From Camelus ferus (taxonomy: Eukaryota): a DNA stretch of 64,000 nt. The position numbers and the translations under genes are program-made. A model generated the notes under the pieces. It had not been told where the DNA came from. It did not search any database and was given only the letters and a program-made list of their open reading frames with translations. The stretch covers positions 27,716,001-27,780,000 of the forward strand of contig NC_045696.1 of the NCBI RefSeq assembly GCF_009834535.1, given 5' to 3'. Position 1 is the first letter of the stretch. Every line of letters begins with the position of its first letter. This document shows positions 38,636 through 49,790 of this stretch, piece after piece.

Positions 38636-41424
38636 AATCTTTTGGCTACAGCAATTGCTTTCAAACAGCAAGTAGAATCATTAGCTAGAAGAAAACAAGG
38701 ACTGAGGTTTGCAGATAACTCTTCTCTGAAACATAAATACAAGAGTGAATATATTATTTAAAGAGATAAAAAGAAGTATGACAGATTGACAATGAGTCTA
38801 AAGATGGCTGAGAGGACCATTTTGCCTTTTTTGGTAACAAAACGAAAGTTAGTGTCAGATCATACTGTTACTTACTGGCTAGAATATTTAATTGAAGTAC
38901 AAAATAACTTCGTTAAATGCAAATATATTTATCTTTACAGTATGCATCTCAATTAGAGAATTTGAAATAATTTCATTATAAATTGAACATTTTCACTGAT
39001 TAATTAATAAAAACTAAATTTTTTTCATAAATATTTTTGATATAAATTCCCTTCTTTACATATTCAAATGAAGTAAAATGGCAAACACAAACACACACAC
39101 TCACAATCAGTATGACAGTCAAAGAGAGATGCCGTTTTGAAATTTTATATTTAGAGAAGTTGTGATAATTAATGTTTACCCAACCCCTCATCCAGCATGA
39201 ACACATTATTTTTGTGCTACTTTCTTTTACCCATTAAAAAAGCATTTAGAGAATAAAGCTCCATAGGAAAAAAATTCTGATGGGAATATATTTTCATGAG
39301 GACAAGTTTAATTTTGTTTTTCATACTCAGTGGGATTTGATATAATCTAGAAGACTTCCATAACTCTGAGCCAAAGATTCAGCAGGTGAATGTGCTATTA
39401 ATCTGTTGCCTGAAAGGAAGGTGGGCTTTTGGGTCCACCTGCTGAAATAACTTTCGGTTAAATTTCTCCTTTCCTCAGGGAGTGGCTCAATTGCTCTCCT
39501 CAAGTTATATAATTGTAGATGAATACAGATCATAGAAAAGCAGGCACTACCTTTACAAGTAACTTCTGGACTGTCACAGACCATGTACCATCTTACCAGA
39601 AGCCAGCATTTTGTGAAACATTCATAAACATGGCCCTAAAAAAACCTACCTTCAGTTCATATCCTCTTCATATGCTCCCTAAAAGTCCTGCCTGCTTCTT
39701 AATTTATACATAATTGTGACAACACTATACTTTTAGTCTTTTAAATTCCCCTGCTTTATGTTTCCTCAAATCCAGTATAATATAGAAAGCCTTCTTTTCC
39801 TTAATATTTTCCAGATCATTGTATCATCATGGCCATAGACTCTGTAATCCGTGTTAGAGTGTATTGGTGAGGAACAGATATTTTGGAAATTAAAGAACCA
39901 ATGTCCTCGTTAGTAGTTTCAAGTCAGATTCTTACCTCATTTCTTTATTTTTAAAAAAGTTTCTAATCTGCTGTTACCTCCTCCCACCTTTGTCCAGTTA
40001 CTCCATCCACTAGAGAAGCACCTTTGATCAACTGTTCACTTGCTCCAACCCCTGTGTCCTATGTGTTGTGGATGAAGGACACTGACCCTGATCCGAATGA
40101 CATGAAATGTGAGAAATACTAGTTCTCTTATGCTTACCAGCTAGATCACACATCCAACTGATCTTATTCAGATTCTGTATTCATCCTGTAGCTTTCAAGT
40201 TATCAACTGTCATTCTAGAAATATCACAAGGAAGGATGATACACAAGAATCAGCTGTGCCACCCCCTCAATAATCTGGCAGCTGGAGTTCTTGCTATACA
40301 TTAAAACATCAGTTTTTCCAAAAAAATGAATTTCTTCAGTGATTTTCTCAAAGTCACACTTGGGTCCAAAATGGAAAATTGAAGGCTCAGATTGAAATAT
40401 GAAGACATCAATTTACTAACACCTATATGTTTGTATTGGTAGCTGATTGTCTTCTACATATGATGCTTTTGTCACGATAGGATATAAATGCCAGAAATTA
40501 CTCAGTATGCTGACTTTAGAGGTGAGCAAAGTGAAAACACACAGAACATGCTTATTTTACCAAAGGTTTTTCACAATAACTGGTAGGAAGTTTTCTAATG
40601 CATATCTATTTGCCAAAGCTCTTTACTCTTCTCTATGTAAATACCGATGGTGCACACAGGAAAGCTTGACTAGCTGTCCCTGGGGGAATCAGGAAGGACT
40701 GCACAGATGTATATTATTTTTCATTTGTCCTTTGAAAAACCAGAAGGAGCTGGCCAGGAAGGAGAACTCGGAGAGAATGTAAAATTTAAGGAACAAGGAG
40801 AGTTTAGGAAATTGCGAAACGTTACATGTCAATGAGCGTTTAGAGAGAAGGGGAATGATACGGTTTTGAATTGCATGCTGTGTTCAGATGAAAGGATTTG
40901 TGTATCAAACTAAGTGTCTAAACTTAATCCAATCAACAGGAAGAAGCAGAAGGAAGAGAAGAATGTCATCAAATTTGTTCTTGCCTAATATCGCACAACC
41001 ATGGGGCGGATACGTTGGAGGAGAAAAGCTGCAGGTAACAACATGCTGCAAAGATTAAGGTCAAAGATGCTAAGTGCCTAGACTACATTTTTTTTTTATT
41101 TATTTAAAGCATTTTATTGTCTTTCTCCAGATAGGAAGGCTGGACACGCGGTTTACAGTCTTGTGGGACTGATTCACCAGAACTATCACGCTTTCTCAGG
41201 AAAGCAGAGAACCTTTTTTACAAGAGGCCTTGCATTCCAGCTCCATAAATTGAAATACTCCTGTTACCAGACAGAACGAACCAAGCTGAGGGCAACATCA
41301 GGCTGCAATCAACCTACTCACCGCCCTGGGGCACACAGGGCTCTAGACAGATTCTTTACCAATCCTGGATTCACCCCGGTCCATTCAAAGTCTGCTTTTT
41401 TGCCAACAATTAACCTGAGATAAA

Positions 41425-41745
41425 AACGCAGAGGTCAGGAGACAAGGTTGCCGACGGCTACACGCGGCTCCCCGGGAGGCCCGGCAGCGGCCCCTCCTCC
41501 AGGATCCATTCTGTCCACTCTGACCGCGCAAACCAAGCCGTCTGCCGCCCCCCTACCCCCTCCTTCGGGGACAGCCGAGGCCTGTGATGGCCTCGGGTGC
41601 TGTTAACCCGCCCCCCGCAGTCCTTGCCCCTCAGCGGCGCCCCCGGAGCCGCCGGCCCAGCCGCCGGCGTTAAGGGGGAGCTGAGGCAACGCCCGCGCTT
41701 CCGCCGCCCCTGGAGGGTCTGACTACATTTTGACAGTCGTGCTGA
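41425..41745. promoter_or_regulatory. Small CpG island / probable promoter
   Basis: About 30 CpGs in about 320 bp by hand count, against a CpG-depleted background. GC-box-like cccgcccc, ETS-like cttccg near 41698-41703, X-box-like site, and gactacattt near 41721. Confidence 0.8.
41447..41461. promoter_or_regulatory. RFX X-box-like motif GTTGCC-GAC-GGCTAC
   Basis: One mismatch to the GTNRCC(N0-3)RGYAAC consensus. A further ggcaac half-site lies at 41685-41690. Confidence 0.5.
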
Positions 41746-42340
41746 AAGGCATGGTCAGAATTCAGTTATTTCTTTAGTCAGAGTAACTGTTAATAATTTA
41801 TAATCGTAGAATTATCCGATTCTTAGTATGGAAAGCAAGTTAGAAATCATCAGGCCCAACCTCTTCTTTTTGGGAATGAGAGTATCATACTCCTTAGAGG
41901 GTAAGGTATTTCATTAGGGAATTGCAGAGGTAGGACTGAGACAAAGTGTAGCAATCTCACTTACAAGCTGTAAGGTCATGGATTAGATAATCAATTTCTC
42001 CATGTGTCCATTTCAACACAGATACAACATGCAGATAATATCTGCTTCTTGTTAATGTGTGGGAAATGCCTAATATTGGGCCTGAATAAGATAGGGCTAA
42101 CTAAATATTGATTTTCATTGTTCAATGATTACATCTTTAGTCCACATTGTAGTAGACCAAGCTCCTTTTTACTTTTTACAGCCCTAAATTTGCTTGAACA
42201 ACTGGTACTCTGTCATTCTCTGGACATGTATTTGGCAGGGCATCATTTGCTTGAGAGTTGAGTTTATGAACTACACACAGGAGAAATGAGCAATCCCTGG
42301 GCATAGTGATTGATTCAGGGTTTACTACAAAAAACACTTT

Positions 42341-42832
42341 AAATCTCAAACACACAAATTTATCCCTTCCCACTCCCTTTCCCTACCCTCCTGGTAACCA
42401 TAAGATTATATGTCTGCGAGTCTGTTCCTGTTTTGTAGATAAGACAGTGTCCTTTTTTTCTTTTACTTTTTCAATTCCACATATGAGTGATATCATGGTA
42501 TTTTTCTTTCTCTTTCTGGCTTACTTCACTTAGAATGATGATCTCTAGTTCCATCCATATTGCTGCAAATGGCATTATTTATTCTTTTTTATGGCTCAGT
42601 AGTAGTCCATTATATAAATAAACCACAGCTTCTTTATTCACCATATATGAAAATAGATTTAAAAAAATGTTTCTTCTGTATAGCACAGGGAACTATGTTC
42701 AATATTTTGTAATAACCTTTAATGAAAAAGAATTTGAAAATGAATATATGTATGCAGATGGATGACTGGGACATTGTGCTGTACACCAGAAACTAACACA
42801 CTGTAACTGACTGTACTTCAATTAAAAAATAA
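42341..42832 (+). mobile_element. Short 5'-inverted LINE-1 3' end
   Basis: 42341-42641 antisense and about 42641-42832 sense. Both parts align by eye to the L1 3' UTR at 22960-23470 in this window. Confidence 0.9.
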
Positions 42833-42837
42833 AAACA

Positions 42838-42984
42838 GGGAGGAGGGTATATATAGCTCAGTAGTAGAGTGCATGCTTTGCATGCATGAGGTCCTGGGTT
42901 CAATCCCCAGTACCTCCAGTAAATAAAGGAACCTAAATACTTTCTGCCACCAAAAAAGCCCTGAAAAAAAAAAAAAAAAAAAAA
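42838..42984 (+). mobile_element. tRNA-derived SINE, camelid vic-1 type
   Basis: gggaggagggtatatatagctcagtagtagagtgcatgctttgcatgcatgaggtcctgggttcaatccccagtacctcc contains A box (tagctcagtagtaga) and B box (ggttcaatccc), followed by an A-rich tail. Confidence 0.9.
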
Positions 42985-43059
42985 CCAAAACATTCTAGAC
43001 AAAGTGAAATCTGTCAGATTCAAATCTGGAACATTGGTTAGTGCTATCAGGAAAGTGGA

Positions 43060-43280
43060 TGTAAAAATGATGCATAGCTCCCATCTTCCCAAAATGAAAT
43101 GATAACTTTTTTGAGAAAGTGAAAAGAAAGGTTGGGTCCTTGTGATACTTTGAGTCCAATATAGACCTCAACCTGAAGGCAGACATAAGAATGACTTCCC
43201 AGGCATGTGAACTAATATACACACTTTTGGATTATGCTAGTGTAGCTTTTGTTACCTGCCACTGAAAGAGTCCAAAGTAA
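43060..43280 (+). mobile_element. Ancient MaLR (MLT1K/L-like) LTR 3' fragment
   Basis: tgggtccttgtgatac...acctgaaggcagac...catgtgaactaata...ttttgttacctgccactgaaagagtcc. Confidence 0.55.
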
Positions 43281-44899
43281 AACAATCTCAAAAGGAAAAA
43301 AAATTGGTAACATTTAGCTTCCACTAAGAAATGGTTAAAATAACTATGATTCTCTAGGGAAAAAAATGACAATGGAGATAAATTACCAAGATCTCTTTGA
43401 GAAAAAGCAGTCTTTCCAGGAGGGTTGAATAAATAAATGAGTTTTGAGGAAATAATTTAATTTTAACTATGTTATAAAACTATTTTAGAGATAATTCCAT
43501 TAGCTGCATATTAAAGAATACTTGATTCATAAAATGTTACAGCAGTTGTATTTCTCAAAATGACACCCTTTCATGAGCTCAATTTACAGAGACATATAAA
43601 GGTTTCAAGTATATTTATGTAAACTGCACTGGCATGGTGATATTCAGTAAGCTTGAATTGGAGACACCTTTAAATTTACACTAGTGCATTACATTTAAAT
43701 CTCATTTAAAGCAAATGAACCACAAGAAAACATTGTAATTTGTTGTAAGTATAGGATTTTGAACCAGAGGGTGGGAGGTGAGGGAAACATTGAGTAAGTA
43801 GTTAATATAATTAGAAGAAATAAGCTGTCTTTCATATATCACTTGAAAAGAAAAAAAACATTTTCCAAAATAATCAGTAAAAGAGCTTTTACAGTCTCAT
43901 ATAACAGTGCTTCTTATTATTTGTCAACCTCTTTTAAAGGAGGCCAATCATGGCCAGCTCATCTATAAGTTCTTGCAATATAAGCTGTACCAGAAAGGGG
44001 AGCATTATGTTCTTCAATATCATATTGTCACCAATTTTCATCTACTTTCTTGCCATAATTGATTCAGTTGGTGCAAGGTACATTGCCTAAATTAGATGGT
44101 TCAGATTCTTTGGCCTAATCAGTTGGAATAGACAACAGTGAGTGTTTACATTTTCTAGTTGAATAGAGTCTAGTCTGGTGTTAGGCACATGGAAAGCCAA
44201 TGTCTCCTTTCCATTTCTCTCTTTCTCTCCTAAACCATATTTACTTGAGCTAGCTGAATTCTTTTGTTTTCCTTGCAACCAGGAAATCTATGACTAAAGC
44301 TTCCAAAGAATCCAATCTTTTACAAGAAGATTCATATAATGTGAATTGTTGACCTTTAAAGCTAAAAAAAAAAAAAGACTTACATTTATAACTAATTTTT
44401 AGTATATAAATCATTAGAAATCAGATACAATGTGGTGTACATATGACATTTTGAGACTTGAACATACCACGAGACATCAACTAATTAATTAGATAAATCA
44501 TCCACTATTCCCTTAACTATTCAAGAGGAAAAAAAAAATCCGCCATGTTTTAGGAACCATCAGTAAGAGAAAATCTCCCACAAAAAATATATTATTGTAA
44601 AAAAAAAAACTACCCTAATATCAGATAATAATTGATGATAGGAAATCTAAGTTCTTCAACTCAATTCAAGTAATCACTTCAAAATTTAAACATGATTATC
44701 CGTGATACTAACAAGAGTTTTTCAAGCCTCTGAAAACTGCCTGTGCCATCTCTCAGCCTTCTTCTCTCTAGTATGTATAACTTTGATTTGTGGACATAGT
44801 TTAAGACTAGGTTACCTGTCCTCCCCACTCTTAAGTTTTATTTTGATCTCTTGTCTTGCTTAAGACAGCTAGATTCCATTTTGCCCTTCCTTCTTGCTT

Positions 44900-45500
44900 C
44901 CCTCCTTTCATTTCTTTCTTGCAAAAATTATTTATTAAATGCTTACTGCCCTACAATGTATACATGGAGACAATGGTGAACAAGCTGTAGGTACTGCCAG
45001 CAAGAGAATTTTTGGCCGAGTCAGATAAACAAAGAGGTATATTCCATATAGTTGGATACGCTTGAAGATAAGAAAAATTGTGGCTTATTCGAACGACACT
45101 TAATTCAGGAGGGAGTTGTATGAAGGTTTCCTGTGGATGGAGGTGAATGCTCAGCTGGACCTAAAGGAGGGAGGGGAGAGGGAGAGCAGAGAGATGCATC
45201 TGCACAAGGGCCCAGAAGCAAAAGGGAGCATATAAAGCAAGGCTTTGCAAGGAAGTTAATATGTGTGTATGTGTGTGGGGTAGGGGGTGGGTGTGGGTGT
45301 GGTTGTAGGAGGGACTTGATGTTGGTTACGGAAGGTGCAGGGAGATGTAAGAGATGAGATTTGAGAACCCAGGCAAAGCCAGCACACAAATTACTTTGTA
45401 AACCTTGCCTAGAAGTTTTCACTATGCTGAGAAGGCAAGGGCACATCACTAAGGAGATACAAGCAAAGGCGTCACAACAAAGTCAGTTCACTCTCTGGTT
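44900..45500 (-). mobile_element. L2 fragment
   Basis: aaattatttattaaatgcttactg...ggagacaatggtgaacaag...gaaggtttcctgtggatggaggtga...ctgcacaagggcccaga. Confidence 0.65.
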
Positions 45501-48349
45501 ATGTGGGGAGAGATGGACTTCAAATTGCCATAATATTTTATAAACCATTCTTGTAAGGTGCCTTGGCTCTATATGTCTTCAAGTCTTCCCAATAATGTAG
45601 TTGGAGAAGCAGAATTTTCACAGACATAACTTCCTCAGAGCAAGCATCTTTATATATGACAAAAGGAAGACTCAGGGGTTGATACACAGCAGATAACCTG
45701 CCAAGTTAGCATGAAGGATAGGTGTGAAAGTACAACCTTTTAATCCTAGATGAGAACTAATGAACTAAGATTTTTAAAGTCTCCTTATCTGAATAACAAG
45801 AATTACCTAGCAACAAATTTTCTATTATCTCAAAATGCTATATTAGATGATTTATGCAATATAATTGGAAAGAAATTACATGTGTGTATGTAACCATTGA
45901 TTTGTAAACATAATACGTAAGAAGATATAGACAGTGCATCTAAATCAAACCTCTTAAGTTAACTTTTATTTTTGGTCCCTGTGATTTCACATAAAAGATT
46001 TTAAAAAAATGCCATCTCTGGAATTAAATTGAACTTCTTTATCTATAAAATAAGCATAAAATATCAACACAGAACACAGTATATCAAGCTCTATCTTACT
46101 GGAGAATCTTTAAAAGAAAAATCTGAATCATGGATAATTATAGAAAATTCAGGAAAAAAACCTGAATTCTGTTAAGGGAGGTTGGACTTAACACTGAAAA
46201 TGAATGATTAAAGACTCTTATTTTTGGTTGCACTGCTTTGTGCAAAAGGAATTTGTTTTTGTGGTTATTTCTGAAAAATAAGAGAAAGTCAATCAGGGTA
46301 GATAAGCCCATTGTGCTGGTAGACCATGTTGTTATTTTTGTGTAGCTGTTACTCTTCAGCATTCTGAAGTCAATTTTCAGACCTTGAACACGTGTAATCT
46401 ACTGGGTAGAATATAATTACGTTTTTATATTATAATGAAAATTAGTTTTATATTTAAAAGAAGTATAATTTAAAATATATGTCTATATAGGGAAGGACCC
46501 ATCAAAACTTTTTTTTTTTTTTTCTCCCCAGAACTGTGAGAGATGAGCTCTCGACATGATCCACCTCTTAACTCACAGTGCAATGGGAAGGTGACTGTAA
46601 GCTTGAACAGCAGAGTCGGGAACTGAGACATTTATCTCTAGGATTCTATTAAGGTGGAAAACACTGTTTCCTTTGTAGACACAGTCTGGGCACCAGTGGC
46701 TCCCTGAAGGAGCGAAGCCTGTGGGGCAGAGGTGCCAGGTGGGAAAATAAGATGGAAACACAGCTCTGAAAAATGACTTTCCCAAAGGCATTTTGAACTG
46801 CTTCAGAAAGCGCCAGTGCTGTTCTGTTTGGTTCCAGATCAATATCAGCTGCTTCCCTTTTCTGGTTTGATCAAAAGCACAAAATACTTAACCTCTCCAC
46901 TGCATCCCAGTCATGTCTTTCATGCAGGCAAAAGTATAGTTCTGTGTATGTATTTAAGCAGATATGCAACAATCACAGACTGGAGTTAAAGGAGCAATTT
47001 GGAAAATGCTTTTCTGCAAATCTGAAATCAGTCATGAATATTTAAACCGCTGAATATGAAAAATATCCTCGAATGTGGTCGAGGGAATGATGGTGGCTGC
47101 AGGTGTGGAAGGTTTTCAGTAATGTCCTGTGTTTATCAGAATATGCAGAAAAATAAAAACCAGTCATGATGTCTGTAAGATTAGTAATAGCAAATTGATA
47201 AAGCTAAATGTCAGCGAGCATTGGTAATTATTACATATGGGATTAAAATGTTTTCTAATTAAATTTGAATTACCTATGAGAACAATACTTAAAACATTCT
47301 ACGTCTGTTAAAAAGTCATTATTGAGGAAGACATTGTCCATAGGAGTTCAAAAGTCCTTTATGTGGGAATTAGGGTGTTCTGTTTATTCCCCATGAAATC
47401 TGGGGAGAAATTTGTCTTTATCTGGTAAGAATGATCACGAAACTCACTCAGCATGTTTACTTTTATGGCGGGACTGCTCTTAGCTTATCTTCAAGCTGAC
47501 AGCCACACGGCCTTAGCCTACATTTCTGGACCTTGTAGCTGGGTCTCTCCACGTCCTCCTTTCTCTATATACCCTAATTCTGTTTCAGAGCTCTGGGGGG
47601 TGTGTGCATATGTGTGAGAGTGTGCGTGTGTGCTCAATGCTCCAGTTATATCTGTGCCTTTTATTGTGATTCACTTCAAATCCACTTGGGAAGTAAGTGG
47701 GATATTGAAAAAAATTTCTAAACAAATTGAAGGTTTACAATGCATTATTACAACATTTCAAAAACCAGCCTGAATTATAATTCAGCTCTTCTTTAAGTCT
47801 TTCAAATATTGTGCCTCTGTGTTCTAAACTCCACGTTGGAGAAACAATTAGGCTGGGAAAGTACTACTACCAAAATGTCTTATCGAAGTAAAACAAAACT
47901 GAATAGGCCTAGTTTAAGGATGTGTATTAAATTCATCTTCCCCTAATAAATCTGAGCCTGTCTTGAAATTGACATCCGGCTCCTAATATGTGTGCCAAGT
48001 TAAGACATAGCAAATTTGAACTCAGTTTTCTGTTACAAAATAGTTTTAAACTTCCAACACATAAAAACACAAATGTAAAGTTTGGCTGGTTTCCTATCTG
48101 CACCCCTGTATAGCTGAACCAGATCTTAATTAGCTCACCTTGTACCTTCCTTGAAGGGTATTATTTTTGCTTTTTTATTTTATATATGTATATTCATAGA
48201 TATATAGAAAAGCACATTTGTGTATGTGATATTATATTATATTATATTGTATTATCTGGTGTTGTATTTTGTGTCTTCCTCAGTTCAACAGCTTTCTTTC
48301 TGTGGACCCTTAGGGACTTTTTCCCCTCACCTTTTCCAGCTAATGTTAG

Positions 48350-48600
48350 TAAGAGCAACTACTTATGCAGAGCTTACTGTGGGCTAAGAACTGTGCTAAA
48401 CATTCTACTCACTTTTTCACATATTATATTCTCAACAGCACTAAAAAACTGGATTGATATTGGATTCACTTTGTGGATGAATAAGCTGAAGTTTGGAACG
48501 CTTTCATAACTTCCCCGAGATCACACGGCTCCTATGTGTGAGAACACGGATCCAAATCTGCGTCTTCTGATGAGCCCACTCTGGGTCCAGCTCTCTGTGT
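48350..48600 (-). mobile_element. MIR SINE
   Basis: gagcttactgtgggctaagaactgtgctaaac...ataacttccccgagatcacacggct...ggatccaaatctgcgtcttctga. Confidence 0.8.
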
Positions 48601-49574
48601 AGAGTTTGGCACTTTTCTTACTTGAGGTCTGTCTACCAGTGCAAGTTCCCCAGCCTTTTTAAATCCTAAAGAAAGTGTTTCCTTAAAGCTATATGTGAAA
48701 GCTAAAGTCAACATCAAAGTAAGTTATATCAGTGAACAAATTCATGAATTATTTCATTTGAACTTGAAACATATCTGAGATGTAAAATTAAATAATTAGC
48801 CCATCTATTTTTAGGTTAAACTTTCAACAGATTTAGTGTCAAATTCATGATTTAATTGTCAAAATTAAGAAATTTCCTCTTCTGTTGTTTTTATCCCTAA
48901 TGATCCTTTTTGTTGTTTATGTTTAATTCTTTATGCTGTATCCAGTCACTTTGAAAACAGAAATGATATACATAAGTCCTAAATAAGTCAAATTATATTG
49001 TTAGATCAGTCAGTTGGCTGCGAAGATGGGACAGTGGTGTCAAAGAAGGCTTTAAATTTTTCTGATGTCTTGAGAATCTGAGAGAATTCATTTTTCTGTG
49101 AGAAATTAGGCTCACGCCCTCTCTCTCTTTCTCTCCAGTTTTCTAGATGGCAGTTTCTATAGCAACCATCATCTTACTATTCTGCCATCCCAAATCCTCT
49201 CCCCGAGTGTGAAATATTTGTAAACTTTTTTGCCCATTAAAAAGCTTAGTAAGAGGAAAAAAAAATAGCAACCCTCCATTTGTTCCTCTTAACTTGGCAC
49301 ATACATTATGTAATGCACTAGTGTAAATTTAATAGTGTCATATGGTGACAGGGTCCAATCTAAGTTGCTGGGTGTGTTCCACCTACGACCATGGCAAATG
49401 GTCATCACTGTGGTAGGAAGTGCTTGGTTCAAATATTTTCAGTTCACCCACATGTGTACAGTAACAGGAATAAAGGAAATTAATGAAGAAAAGGCAAGTG
49501 TAGAAGTAAGAATTCCCAATTTGAGAAGATCCTCTTGTTTTTCACTTCTCAGTGGCCACATGTTCGACCACATA

Positions 49575-49790
49575 ACATAGTAGTTAAAACGTGGACAGTA
49601 CCCTCATTTGGGTCTAGCAGTCTGCCTTGACTGTGTGACTTTGATCAAGTGACAACCTCCTTATGTTAACGTGGACAAGAGAAAAAGTAAAATTACTGAC
49701 CCTTTAAGATTGTAGGAAGACTTTGAGGTGCTGGATATAAAGTATTTAGTACAATGTCTGACACAGAGGAAGTGCTCAACAAATGTTAAC
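49575..49790 (+). mobile_element. MIR SINE
   Basis: acatagtagttaaaacgtggac...gactgtgtgactttgatcaagtgac...tttagtacaatgtctgacacagaggaagtgctcaacaaatgttaac. Confidence 0.8.

Noticed and set aside
39327..39584. 85-aa minus-strand ORF near the CpG island
   Set aside because: No recognisable homology and no convincing splice boundaries. The length is within chance expectation.
42838..42920. tRNA-Ala-like gene
   Set aside because: It has A/B boxes, but is followed by an unrelated segment and poly(A) and sits in an L1 tail, so it is a SINE head.
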